A DNA stretch of 63,570 nucleotides, the filler included, from Octopus bimaculoides (taxonomy: Eukaryota), in the NCBI RefSeq assembly GCF_001194135.2. It is 6 parts of 6 records of this genome, joined end to end, with 100 filler letters (N's around TTAATTAATTAA, not from the genome) between each part and the next. Parts side by side here need not be neighbours in the genome. Positions count along the whole stretch, not along the records: positions 1 to 16,025 come from NC_069006.1; 5 more parts are not named here. One strand, written 5' to 3'. Position 1 is the first letter of the stretch. The number at the start of each line of letters is the position of its first letter. This document shows, in pieces, positions 1 through 14,312 of this stretch. Below the pieces are notes generated by a model that saw only the letters and a program-made list of their open reading frames with translations, did no database searches and was not told where the DNA came from. The position numbers and the translations under genes are program-made.

Positions 1-74
1 TATATACATATCAGGAATCGAAATATTCTTGTCCACATGTTTATCAAAACGTTGTTGTGCTGGTAAAAACTAAT

Positions 75-120
<46 letters not shown>

Positions 121-537
121 TGTAGAAATAAGAAAAAATACAAGTAATGTTTACTTGCAACAAGACTGTGCATCTCAGCTGCACGTTGCCAATAAGGTGA
201 AACAAAATAAAATAGGAATAATAATAATAACAACAACAACGACAACAATATTACCGTAAAGAAAGTACAATAACACGTGATTTATTAGTTTTACAATTAC
301 AACTGGCAATAATTATGATGACGATGACGGTGAGACGACGATGATGAGGCTGATGATGTAACGATGACAACTACGACGACGGTGATAACAATGACTATGG
401 GAGGTGGGGGGTACGAAGGAGGGGTTGTTTATGGCCATGATGACAAAACCAAGAATAGTAATAACAAATTTTTTTTTTAATTTCTCCAATATTCTTGTAC
501 GCGACTTTATATGGTTATCTTCACACACACACTCCTC

Positions 538-612
<75 letters not shown>

Positions 613-1161
613 TATTTGACTATGTATATGTGTGTTTGTATGTTTTTCTTCAGCATTCTTTAGGTTCGTTCATGATTTGAAGAATTTTCACTTTTGTTTA
701 ATTTGTTAAATTTAAATATAATTTCTCCTAATAGCATCTTGGAGCAGGCAAAAATTAATGGCCGACGACGTAAACAAAATTATACACACACAATATGTAT
801 ATATGTATTCATACATACATAACTACATACACACATACATACATGTATACATACATACATATATATATGTGTGTGTGCGTGTGTGTGTGTGTGTGAGTGT
901 GTGTGTGTATATATGCCAGAATACTTCTCAAACATAAACGAACAATATGGAATAATATATAAAAATATAAAGTCATATAGAAATCAACCAAAACAATACA
1001 ATATTTAAAATATAAATAAAAATAAATTCGTGTAAATAAAAAAAACAATAATAAACGTAAAATACTATAGCAGAATGTTGGAGAAATTTAATTTACTTCT
1101 GGTTCGTTCGCTCAAACCTTAGAAGAAAATATAGAATTGAAAGGACCAAAAAGAAAATAGT

Positions 1162-1195
<34 letters not shown>

Positions 1196-1898
1196 ATCAA
1201 ATATAGAAATAGGTAATATAGCCGTGGCTAAGAAGCAAGCTTAAGAGTTAGGCAAAACTAGCCAGCCAAGCTATTAAAGAGGAAGGAGAAAGTTTGCTAT
1301 ATGTAATTAGCTCGATAACTGACGGGAAAGAAGCCTTAGAAAATGGCCGATGTTTTTGAGGCAAGCGAGTTTCTAGTTTCACTTTGGTATGTGACTATAA
1401 CTTCGAGTTACGTATGCTTTTTAGAAATATTCTGTTGATGGTTTCGTTCTTAAACGGTAATGAGTTTGTAATTTGTTTGTTTGTTTGTTTGTGTGTGTTT
1501 ATGTTTTATTTTATTTTATTTTATTTTATTTTATTTTATTTTATTTTTGTTCCTGGTGGTAATGATGACGCGTTGTTGAATCTGCAAGACTAGATACATT
1601 GATGGCGTTGATGCTGGCGTTGATGCTGGCGTTGTTAATGGCTGCGGAGGGTTAAGTTGAAAACAGGAAAGAGATCGGTAGTTGGCGAGGGTCGGTGTTA
1701 AAAGGTTAGGGCGGACAAATAGACAGGCATTACTTAGCGATAACTCATACTAAGTTTTCCATTTATCGATCTCTCAAACTATTTATTTGATTGTTTATTA
1801 GAGATCTAAATTAAACGCCATCGCAAAATTGGAATTGACCAAAATAAAAAGTAATAAGAAGCTTTTCCTATCATAGCTAAGTATATATGAGGCATGTA

Positions 1899-1970
<72 letters not shown>

Positions 1971-2039
1971 AGTCCCCGAGATCTCAACGATCCGACTGAA
2001 CGGGACACAAGTCCCTCACAGGGTTAACCATTTACAGCC

Positions 2040-2325
2040 GAGCTGTAACGTCAACGTCTTGTCCAACGTCTTGTCCAACCACACAACGTCAACGGCTTGC
2101 CCAACCACACAACGTCAACGGCTTGCCCTAGCATATAACATCCCGTCGACGTCACCGTCTTGCCCAAGCGCACAACGTCATGACCGTTCTACTCAAGTTC
2201 ACAACGTCAAACATCAACGTCTTACTCAAGCTCACGACGTCAAACATCAACGTCTTACTCAAATACACAAAGTGAACGTCGCCGTCTTACCCAAGCTCAC
2301 AACGTCAACATCAACGTCTTGACCA
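2040..2325 (+). repeat. CpG-rich degenerate minisatellite built on AACGTC (12-, 26- and 33-bp units)
   Basis: caacgtcttgtc x2, acaacgtcaacggcttgcccaaccac x2, acaacgtcaaacatcaacgtcttactcaagctc x2-3. Confidence 0.8.
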
Positions 2326-3102
2326 AGCAGACAGCGCGACCGTGAGTAAAACACACAAGCAAATCGACCACACTCTTTCAAACTTCAGACAAGCAGTAAG
2401 TCTGTAAACAACATTGAAACAAAATCCAGACAGATTAGTCACAAGTGAAATGTCATTGATTTTAGGGCTTCTAATTCGGGGTTGACCTGGGTCAATGACT
2501 ATATTAAATATGTTGTGCAATGAAGCTTAGCATGACTCACAGGATTTAATATGGATAAAATCTAGTTTAGTTGGACGCGGAACTTTTCTGGAGACAATAG
2601 TTCCTCATTCAAAATTAGCGATGGTTATTCCATGCGCCGCAGAGGAGTTTCGGTGATTAAGATTCGGGTCAAGTTGCCCATAACGCTTAGTTTAATTTGT
2701 TTTGCTTATGTCATAATTTAGGGGTTGGGGTGCGCATGTGCAGAAAAGCGGGAGAGTGAGTAAGGGAAGTAGTGAAAGAAAGGGAAAACGAGAAGCAGCT
2801 GAGAAGCACGCGCAGAAAGCAACACTCGAACACACGCGCACATAGTATACAACTATAATANNNNNNNNNNNNNNNNNNNNNNNNNNNNNNNNNNNNNNNN
2901 NNNNNNNNNNNNNNNNNNNNNNNNNNNNNNNNNNNNNNNNNNNNNNNNNNNNNNNNNNNNNNNNNNNNNNNNNNNNNNNNNNNNNNNNNNNNNNNNNNNN
3001 NNNNNNNNNNNNNNNNNNNNNNNNNNNNNNNNNNNNNNNNNNNNNNNNNNNNNNNNNNNNNNNNNNNNNNNNNNNNNNNNNNNNNNNNNNNNNNNNNNNN
3101 NN

Positions 3103-3247
3103 TGCTTCCCAATCACATGGTCCTGGGTTCAGTCTCACTGTGTGGCACCTTTGGCAAATATCTTCTACTATAGCCTCGGGCAGACCAAGATCTTGTGAAT
3201 GGATTTCGTAGACAGAAACTGAAAGAAACCCGTCGTATATATATCTA

Positions 3248-3278
<31 letters not shown>

Positions 3279-3450
3279 ATACATATATATATATATATGT
3301 GTATATATATATATATATATATTTCCCCACCATCACTCGACAACCGGTACTGGTGTGTTTACGCCCCCGTGACTTAGCGGTTCGGCAAAAGACACCGATA
3401 GAATAAGTACTAGGCTTACAGGGAATAAGTCCTTGGAGCGATTCGTTCGA
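3103..3450 (+). mobile_element. SINE family A: tRNA-derived head, internal microsatellite, 3' body
   Basis: Head ..ggttcagtctcactgtgtggcacc..gaaactgaaagaaacccgtcg, then (TA/TATC)n, then body ccaccatcactcgacaaccg..gatagaataagtactaggc. More than 10 related copies occur in the window. Confidence 0.85.
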
Positions 3451-3650
3451 CAAACACAGACACAGAGACACAAAGTTTCCGCTCCTGCGTGTGCGCTCGT
3501 GTGTGCGCGCGTGTGGGTACGCGTATGTGTGCGAGTCTGTGCAGCAATACAACAATAGTGAGTTTACATAAACTGGGTTGGCTAACAGCATGAATTTCAA
3601 GAAGAAAGGCGAAGAAAGTTTTACAAAATTCTATAGAAAATTCATTCATG

Positions 3651-3706
<56 letters not shown>

Positions 3707-3781
3707 NNNNNNNNNNNNNNNNNNNNNNNNNNNNNNNNNNNNNNNNNNNNNNNNNNNCTACCTACCTACCTACCTACCTAA

Positions 3782-3836
<55 letters not shown>

Positions 3837-4363
3837 CATACCTATCTATATCTATTTAGATAGATAGATATCTGTGAGTGCATGGGTAAATAGATATATA
3901 CATTGATAGACAGACAGATGGTTTGATAGCGTAACAAGATGATGAAAGAAAAAAAAAACGTAGCACCACCACCACCCACCCACAAGGCCTCAAAATAGAG
4001 AAACGATACATGCAAAGAAGGAAATACGCAAGCTTATACAGAAGGATAGACGATGAAGGAAGAAAGAAAAGAACCCCCCATAAAAAAAAAGTTTAAAAAA
4101 CAAATAGAAGTATAAAATGTAAGGAAAGATTGTTCTGGAAGTCTCTTATTCGGTTAAACTAACCCAGACAGGATTGCTGAACAGGTGAAGACTTTACCAT
4201 ACAAACTCTTAGAGCAAACCCCATTTCATTTTTTTGAAAAGGTTCTTTGCACTGCGTTTCGCATATACATATATATATAAACATATATACGTATATATAC
4301 TATGTGTATATACATATGCATGTATATCTCTCTGTATATATGTGTGTTTGCCTCTTTGTTTGC

Positions 4364-4550
4364 CCCGCCACCATCGCTTGACAACCGATGTGTGTAAATG
4401 TCTCTATAACTTAGCAGTTCGGCAAAAGATACTGATAGGATTACAAAGATTAAATCCTGGGGTCGATTTTTTCGCCTAAAACCACTTAAAATGGTGCCCC
4501 CAGCAATGGTCGGAATGAAACGACCGTAACAGTTAAAAGAATAAACGAAT
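4364..4550 (+). mobile_element. SINE family A 3' body
   Basis: Homologous to 3322-3450. Confidence 0.75.
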
Positions 4551-4649
4551 ACGTATATATNNNNNNNNNNNNNNNNNNNNNNNNNNNNNNNNNNNNNNNN
4601 NNNNNNNNNNNNNNNNNNNNNNNNNNNNNNNNNNNNNNNNNNNNNNNNN

Positions 4650-4693
<44 letters not shown>

Positions 4694-5354
4694 ATATGTA
4701 TGTATATATTGATCGTTGCGACCGGTTTTTTCTAAATTAGATGTTTTAACACTCTGCTGTATCGCATTAATTTTACTGTTATCAACGTTTCCCTGATGAA
4801 GTATTCTGCCCCGAAACGTTAGATTTTCCAAGTTCTTTGTACACTTTTTACCGACTCTACTACATAATACAAGTCTGGCTGACTGATGGAACCGCATCAG
4901 TCCCTTCGGAGTCTGATTGATCCCACACTCACATATATTTGGCATCTACTTATCTCATGTGGCTGATTGATTTAGTTTTTTTTTTTTTTATATTAGTACA
5001 ATTATGTGGTCGAGTGTTGGAGACTTATCGATATTCATGATTGCAATATTAAAAAGCCTTCTCCATTAACCACAGTCGAGAGCACTTTATATATAGACTA
5101 TAATAGAAAAAAAACTAATCAACATTTTATGGGAAATAGTCAACAAATATAAAAAAATATTGACTCCAAATTTTTGAAGTGTCCAGTACCTTCAGTATTT
5201 CTATAGTTTGACGGTGAAAGACAAAAAAATTCAAGAACATATTGATATTTGTGGATATACATATATACATGCAAGCATACATACATGCATATATATAAAT
5301 ATATACATATATTTATATATATACGCTTATATATTTCTGCATATGTATATGTGC

Positions 5355-5432
<78 letters not shown>

Positions 5433-5610
5433 ACGCATGTACAGCAGAAGTGCCGATGGCAAAGTGCGACCAGAGAGTCTCCCTCGAAGACTCGGGGCCA
5501 AATGGGGGAAAATGAGTTTTAGATGTTTAGCCTCGCCGAAAAATACACATATATTTGTCTCTACATTCAAAGACACGCACATACAAACACACATGTATAT
5601 ATATGTATGT

Positions 5611-5653
<43 letters not shown>

Positions 5654-5807
5654 CATACATACGCGCACACATCAATATTTGAGATTCAGTTGAATAAGGT
5701 ACTTAAGTTGAAGCACGATGTCAGTCCAGTATTATCCGCACAGCCCGAAATAAGATGAATAAAATCCAAATAAACAACAGGATATCAAATAGTAATGCAG
5801 TACGATC

Positions 5808-5925
5808 GTTTCAAACGTTCTGAGTTGAATTACCGTCATGGACAGCATTTCCTTTCAGCCTCTCGGGATCGATAAAATGAATACCAGAGTTTTCCCATCC
5901 CCTCAAAATTACTAGCCTCGTGCAA
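5808..5925 (+). mobile_element. SINE family B fragment
   Basis: acgttctgagttgaatt..ctttcagcctctcgggatcgataaaatgaatacca, homologous to 36364-36585. Confidence 0.6.
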
Positions 5926-7179
5926 TTAAAAACGATTATTTATTTATAAACGACGTGGTTTGTGGTGAAAGGTGATATTCAACAAAATTTTAAAAATCGC
6001 TTTATTTATCTTAAAAAATATATTTTGAAACCGCATCTTTATCCATGCAAAAAAAAAAAAACATACTGCTTAATTCACATTCTCTCAGATTGAAATTCGA
6101 GTTGGAAGATGGCTAATAAACAAGCACGGGATGCACAAAGAAGATTCCAAGCGTAATAGAGATATATAATCGTCTGGAAATTATGTTTGTTTCGTATAAC
6201 TATGCGTTGGACTTCCATCCTCCTTCCATTACTCTCCAGTTTTTTTTTTCTTTTTTAATTGTGTAGTGAAATTTCTATCAATATATTCGTATTTAATATC
6301 TTCTTCTTGATTCAACTCGGTTCAGCCNNNNNNNNNNNNNNNNNNNNNNNNNNNNNNNNNNNNNNNNNNNNNNNNNNNNNNNNNNNNNNNNNNNNNNNNN
6401 NNNNNNNNNNNNNNNNNNNNNNNNNNNNNNNNNNNNNNNNNNNNNNNNNNNNNNNNNNNNNNNNNNNNNNNNNNNNNNNNNNNNNNNNNNNNNNNNNNNN
6501 NNNNNNNNNNNNNNNNNNNNNNNNNNNNNNNNNNNNNNNNNNNNNNNNNNNNNNNNNNNNNNNNNNNNNNNNNNNNNNNNNNNNNNNNNNNNNNNNNNNN
6601 NNNNNNNNNNNNNNNNNNNNNNNNNNNNNNNNNNNNNNNNNNNNNNNNNNNNNNNNNNNNNNNNNNNNNNNNNNNNNNNNNNNNNNNNNNNNNNNNNNNN
6701 NNNNNNNNNNNNNNNNNNNNNNNNNNNNNNNNNNNNNNNNNNNNNNNNNNNNNNNNNNNNNNNNNNNNNNNNNNNNNNNNNNNNNNNNNNNNNNNNNNNN
6801 NNNNNNNNNNNNNNNNNNNNNNNNNNNNNNNNNNNNNNNNNNNNNNNNNNNNNNNNNNNNNNNNNNNNNNNNNNNNNNNNNNNNNNNNNNNNNNNNNNNN
6901 NNNNNNNNNNNNNNNNNNNNNNNNNNNNNNNNNNNNNNNNNNNNNNNNNNNNNNNNNNNNNNNNNNNNNNNNNNNNNNNNNNNNNNNNNNNNNNNNNNNN
7001 NNNNNNNNNNNNNNNNNNNNNNNNNNNNNNNNNNNNNNNNNNNNNNNNNNNNNNNNNNNNNNNNNNNNNNNNNNNNNNNNNNNNNNNNNNNNNNNNNNNN
7101 NNNNNNNNNNNNNNNNNNNNNNNNNNNNNNNNNNNNNNNNNNNNNNNNNNTATACATACATATATATATATATACATAC

Positions 7180-7210
<31 letters not shown>

Positions 7211-7363
7211 CACAAACATTCACACACACACACATACACAAACACATAAATATAAGTATACATTCAAACATATCTATATTGCAACGGGGTGCAGGTTTAT
7301 AAGTACATGCATGTGTTATTTCTTGAGTTTATCTATAGTAAAATGTCTATCTATCTATATCTG

Positions 7364-7420
<57 letters not shown>

Positions 7421-7722
7421 ATAAGTGTATGTATGTATGTATCTATGTATGTATGTGTGTGTGTCCATGAAGCTATGCATGTATCTAGGCATGTATATGT
7501 TCCTCGAAGGTTCTAGGCACATATGGCTTAAATATATACACATATGCTCATGCGTGCGCGTTGCCCATTAACACGCAGCGTTACAAATGCGCACGCGCAT
7601 ACATTTTCATAAACGCACGCATAAATACTTGAGGGGCCTATTGCCGCAGTTATCCAAATAAAGGGGGACTAGACGTACTCAGAAGCACACACAAACACAC
7701 ACACAGCATGTACTTGTGTGTG

Positions 7723-7763
<41 letters not shown>

Positions 7764-7979
7764 GGATAGATAGATGGATGGATGGGGGCATCTATGCAAC
7801 AGACTGCAATAAACCCCTAAAACATGCAATCAAGAAAAAAAAAAGCGGGGTTGCTCTCGGAGTCTGTCTGGTAAAGTCTTCATTGTGGAGCAATTCCTGT
7901 CTGGGTTAGTTTAACCGAAAAAGAGTCGCAGAGAACATTCTTCCATCTAATTGTTTTATCCCGTGTTTTTTTTTTTGGT

Positions 7980-8029
<50 letters not shown>

Positions 8030-8414
8030 ATTGTTATTATTATTATTTTCTTTCCGTCTAACCTTTTCTTCATCCAGCCCTTTCATTTATGTTTCTCTGT
8101 ACTTCCTCCAATTTGTCTACCACGTGATATCGTTTTTGTTTTATTTTTGTTTTTTATTTTATTTTATTTATTTATTTATTTATTTATTTATTTTTTTGGC
8201 AGTGAAGAGTTCGCTTCTTTGTTTCTTACCTTTCATCTTCTTGAAACATAATTTCGGCACTTTTTGGATCAGCCCTTTGTTGTCAGAAGTGCATGTAATG
8301 TGGAGTAAATTTAAAATTTTCCTTACATGTTTCCGGCTGGTAACGTCTCTGGTTGGGTCACAGAGATACAAACCAGCTTTGGGAAGCACCATTTACTTCT
8401 CGTCATAATATACA

Positions 8415-8442
<28 letters not shown>

Positions 8443-8445
<3 letters not shown>

Positions 8446-8862
8446 TCTTTTACTTGTTTCATACATTTGTCTGCGGCTATGCTGGAGCGCCGCCTTGAAA
8501 TAAATTTGTCGAATAAATCGACACCAGGGCGTATATTTAAGCCTATTAGTAATTCTATCAGACTCTTTGCGGAACCGCTGGGTTACGGGGACATAAAAAC
8601 ATCAACATCGGTTGTTAAGCGACGATGCGGAGACAAACAGAGACGCAAAGACACACAGACACATAGATATATACATATAGATAGATAGAGAAAGAGTTTA
8701 ATATATAGAGAGCCAGATATACGACAGCCCCGTTTTCGTTTCCATCTACCAAATCCACTCGCAAGGTTTTGGTCATCTCGAGGCTATAGGAGGAGACTCT
8801 TGCCACATAGTGCGTCTGAACCCGGAACCATGTGGTTGGGAAGCAAGCTTCTTACCACACAG
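8443..8862 (-). mobile_element. SINE family A, near-complete copy
   Basis: Head 8715-8862, microsatellite 8640-8715, body 8443-8635. Confidence 0.85.
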
Positions 8863-10498
8863 CAACAAATCATTCTGATACATAAAACGAAAGTAGTCCG
8901 ACATTCACATACAATCATACAGTTCTAGAGACAGATTGAAAATAATTCCTTCCTTCTATACATGCTCACAGCGACAGAGATATTCATAGACATTATTACA
9001 GGCATACACACAATTACATCATACATAAGGTGTATAATTATAGATTAATACAAACTACCAAAGTACAGAAAAAAATGTATGTTTATATGTATATACATAC
9101 ATAAACACTCACATAATCGTACGCACACAAACACATACACACACACACATATATACAAGCAAATATACACAGATTTATACACACATGGAAACACGTATGA
9201 CATACATTCATGTATGTATACAAATATGCATGTATGCGCATACCACTTCACATACACATACAGTATTAGAAACATACACTGATTTATGAATATATACACA
9301 GGTGCATAAATACAATCTCATATACTGAGGAACAGTGTCTACATTTATACACATACACACACATATATAATGTGTGTCTATGTGTGTGTGTGTGTGTGTG
9401 TGTACAAAAATACATATATTAATACAGTCATACGCACATGTAGGAAAGATACATACATATATACATACGCATCTCATCTCGTATATACACTCGAACACAC
9501 AAGAAAATACAAAATATATATTCACCAAACACACACATACATCAGTGCAAATCTACACATAAGCATACAATACACATACATATATATACACACGCAAAAT
9601 ACATACTTTTCCCATAAGTATACACATATGCACTAATAGAAACTAATACAAAAATATGCACACACATACATACATACATACATACATACATACATACTCA
9701 CGGACACTCGCATACATGTGTGTGTATATATACACATACATACACACACACATACACATATATACACTAATCTAAAAATACACACACGCTCCCAGAAATA
9801 CACATGCACACGCACAATTCAAATACACACATACACACACACACACACTGAAACGCACACATATACATACACACACCTGATACTCTTCAAGCCTCCACCG
9901 CGGTGTAAAGGGGTGGCAGGCCGGGGTACATACGGGTAGGAATGAACAGAGAACAAAACGGAAACTTTTGGTTGGTTCCTGTTATAACCATTATCAGCAC
10001 TTTCACTTCATTATATATGTTTTTTTTATATATATATAAATTTCTATATTTATTGGATTGTTGGTTATTTTTCTTCTTCTTCTTCTTCTTCTTCTTCTTC
10101 TTCTTCTTCTTCTTCTTCTTCTTCTTCTTCTTCTTCTTCTTCTTCTTCTTCTTCTTNNNNNNNNNNNNNNNNNNNNNNNNNNNNNNNNNNNNNNNNNNNN
10201 NNNNNNNNNNNNNNNNNNNNNNNNNNNNNNNNNNNNNNNNNNNNNNNNNNNNNNNNNNNNNNNNNNNNNNNNNNNNNNNNNNNNNNNNCACATTCCTCCA
10301 ACCCAACTACCCGTCCACACCACCACCACCATCACCACCACCATCACCACCACCCATCCCGACGACACACAACCCTTCAACCCGCCAACTACCTCTGTCT
10401 GAAAAAACTATCCGCCATTTCCCTGTCTAGAAAGATTTTTGCAATTTTTTTCTTGTTTTTTTTTTGTTGTTTGGTATATTCGGGTTTTTTCTTACTAC

Positions 10499-10559
<61 letters not shown>

Positions 10560-11139
10560 ATGTCTACCTGTCTGTCTACATAAGTATGTAAGTATCTATC
10601 TATCAATCGATCTATCTTCCTCCCTCTCTACCTACATACCTACCTACCTTTCTATTTATCCATCTATTTATTAATTATCTATTTATCTATCTATGTATCT
10701 GTCCATCTATCTCAACCGATTTACCTACCTGTCTATTAATGTGCTTCTCTCTCTCTAACTCTCTCTCCCCTTCTGTTTATCTCTCTCTCTTTCTCTCCAC
10801 ACACATACACACATATATATATATATATATATACATTCATATATACATTCATAATTACTCAAAAATATACAGTAACATATGTATACATACATCTTTATCA
10901 TTAGTTACAATTGTTTCTGTACCACTCTGTCTTTAATATTACAGTACATAAATGATTTCATGTTAAAAGCTTTTCACTATGTGCAATTGATTACTTTGGA
11001 GTAACATTTCATCACACTTGCATCAAAATGTACGAGCTGATAATGTGCAAAGGACAAGTAGATTGTTTATATAGCGAAGAAACAATACGCTGGAATAAGA
11101 ATAAGAATGAAATGGTGATATACTAGATATAAGTGAATG

Positions 11140-11277
11140 TATTGGATCATTCTGTTTATCTCATTTGGATATAAATCTTACATCAGTTACCCATTCTGAA
11201 AATTATATCGAGCTTACTGAACATCCCTTTAAAGCAGGCTATTCCCAACATATACACACCTCCGAAAACCAGAAAGA
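11140..11277 (+). mobile_element. Penelope-like GIY-YIG endonuclease fragment
   Basis: SVTHSENYIELTEHPFKAGYSQHIHTSENQK resembles YIGLTExxFKxRYxxHxxSF. Confidence 0.55.
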
Positions 11278-11362
11278 CGATTTGGCTCTTATTATTACAA
11301 GTATAGTTGACACATATACAATCATTTATATAATAAATATACACATGTAAATATATACATAT

Positions 11363-11465
11363 CTAGGCGTCGTTGTGTGGAATGAAGCTTACTTTCCAGA
11401 CACATAGTTCCGGGTTCAATCCCACTGCGTGGCACCTCGGGTAAGTGTCTTCTATTATATAGCCT
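11363..11465 (+). mobile_element. SINE family A head
   Basis: gttccgggttcaatcccactgcgtggcacctcgggtaagtgtcttcta. Confidence 0.8.
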
Positions 11466-11741
11466 GTACCGAAATACCAGCTTGCTAGAAATAGGAGTCA
11501 ACACTCCAAAACCATAAATTTCTCAATATTAAGAAACACGTCCGGCGAATGCAACGAAAATGATTAAAAAAACGGCTTTACCTTTGCATAAACCAATTAT
11601 TTTCCCAAATAATCGTTTCATTACACCTTGCGCGTTTGATATCTGTTCTTGTTTTGCAGTTTATGCAAAGGTAACGCTTATTTCTATTATATACATTGCA
11701 TTCACCATGCGTGTTTCTTAATAATGAGAAACTTTTGGCTT

Positions 11742-11812
11742 TGGAGTCTTGACGCAGTGGGACTGAACCCGGAACCATGTGGTTGGTAAACAAGCTACCA
11801 ACCACAGAGCCA
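11742..11812 (-). mobile_element. SINE family A head
   Basis: cgcagtgggactgaacccggaaccatgtggttgg on the plus strand. Confidence 0.8.
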
Positions 11813-11816
11813 CATA

Positions 11817-11866
<50 letters not shown>

Positions 11867-13137
11867 NNNNNNNNNNNNNNNNNNNNNNNNNNNNNNNNNN
11901 NNNNNNNNNNNNNNNNNNNNNNNNNNNNNNNNNNNNNNNNNNNNNNNNNNNNNNNNNNNNNNNNNNNNNNNNNNNNNNNNNNNNNNNNNNNNNNNNNNNN
12001 NNNNNNNNNNNNNNNNNNNNNNNNNNNNNNNNNNNNNNNNNNNNNNNNNNNNNNNNNNNNNNNNNNNNNNNNNNNNNNNNNNNNNNNNNNNNNNNNNNNN
12101 NNNNNNNNNNNNNNNNNNNNNNNNNNNNNNNNNNNNNNNNNNNNNNNNNNNNNNNNNNNNNNNNNNNNNNNNNNNNNNNNNNNNNNNNNNNNNNNNNNNN
12201 NNNNNNNNNNNNNNNNNNNNNNNNNNNNNNNNNNNNNNNNNNNNNATGAAATATATTAAAACTCAGAGATAATAATAATTTTTTTTTAATATGTTTTAAT
12301 GTAAAATTTTATCAGATTCTTATAGGAAATAATTTACATTATGTTTTGATAATACATATATGCTATTATAAGTACGTAGATAATATATTTTTCTCCTGTT
12401 CTCCCGTCAACATTAAGCTACAATATTGATGGGTTTGCGAAAATGGGGAAACGTATCTTTGTTTATGAAATTTAAAATAAAATTTAGAAATTTAAAAGTG
12501 ATAGGCTGAGAGAGAATGTGTTTTGAAATGATTGTCGGTGTGTTGGAGAAAATGGTGGTATTGAGTATAACGACAATGGTAATTGTACGATGTAAATATA
12601 TTGGAAGTAGATAGATTGGTACGTTGAGAAAATAAACATTGGGCGAAAAGTATTTGAGATGTGTAATGGAAAGAAAGTGTTGCTCTGAGGAAGGAATAGT
12701 TAGAGGAAGACAGAGAGGGAGCGAGAGGGAGCGAGAAAGAGAATAATATAGGGAGACTAACAAACAGACGTAGAGACTAACTGACGTAGAGAGAATAATA
12801 GAGAGAGAGAGAGACTAACAGACAGAGACAGAGACAGAGAAAGAGAGAGGGAGAGAGAATAAGAGGAAGAAACTAAGATGCATAACTAGGGGAGAAATAG
12901 ACTAAAATGGCAAAAGAAAAAAGAGAGAGAGAGACTACAGGAGAGAGGAAAAGAGTAAGACAGAGAAGGAAGGAAACTAAAAAAGATAGAGACTAACAGA
13001 AAGAGACAGAGAGGGAAAGAGAGACTAATAGAGACTGAAAAAAGAAGGGTGAGAGTGACGCAGTGAGTGCGAGAGAGATGCTAAATTATAGGCTAAATAA
13101 GAGACTAAGAGATATAACTAAGAGAAAGGAAAATAGT

Positions 13138-13197
<60 letters not shown>

Positions 13198-13245
13198 GAC
13201 CGACCGACCGATAAGCAAATAGATAAAGAGATAGTGAGATAGTGT

Positions 13246-13291
<46 letters not shown>

Positions 13292-13340
13292 TGTGTGTGT
13301 GTGTGTGTGTGATATATATATGTATATAGCTATCTATATC

Positions 13341-13371
<31 letters not shown>

Positions 13372-13376
13372 GTATA

Positions 13377-13407
<31 letters not shown>

Positions 13408-13533
13408 ATGTATATAAATATATATATATATATATATACAAATATACATGCACGCTTAGATACATATATTGCATACATACATACATACAGCTGTACGTAC
13501 ATATATGTACATATATCGATGAATCGATAAAAT

Positions 13534-13575
<42 letters not shown>

Positions 13576-14191
13576 AGAGGTAGATAGAAATTGTTGAACT
13601 GATTATGTCGAACCTAGAACGATAGATATATCAAAACAAAATGAAATATTGCTGTGACTGTCAACACCCCACACTTGCTATATTACTTCAACATTACACA
13701 ATTATTTTAATAAGGAAAATTGCCTTCAGAATGTTGATCGTCTCAGCAATGTCATTAATAATGACTAAACTTCGCAAATTACATTTCAGTTTGTTTCGTT
13801 TTTGGTTTTTCTTTTACGTTTCTATGAATAAGTAAAAATAATTTTTACGCAAGATGTCATTAAATATGTGCGTGCGTGCGTGCGTGTGTTGCGAGTTAAT
13901 GTGTTTGTGTGTGTGTGAGACTGTTGATTGTTCATGTGTACCTGAATATTACGACAGAATACTGCTATTTTGTGCCTGTGGGTATATATATGCGTGTGTG
14001 TCTATATATGTATAAATATGTATGCATACATATATATACATATATGTATGTATATGTATATATATACATACACACACACAAATAACATACGTTTATTAAT
14101 ATATACATATGTGCGCGTGAATGTGAAGGTTTCACTGTGTATATGGGTATATATACAAACATATATGTAGGTGCGTATGTGTATATATATG

Positions 14192-14274
<83 letters not shown>

Positions 14275-14312
14275 GTGTGTGTGTGTTTGCGTGTATGTAT
14301 GTTTGCGTATTA

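Noticed and set aside
1343-1386. aaaATGG..TTG|GTATGT candidate first exon (MADVFEASEFLVSL)
   Set aside because: It has a good start context and donor, but no compatible downstream exon or homology; such matches are expected by chance.
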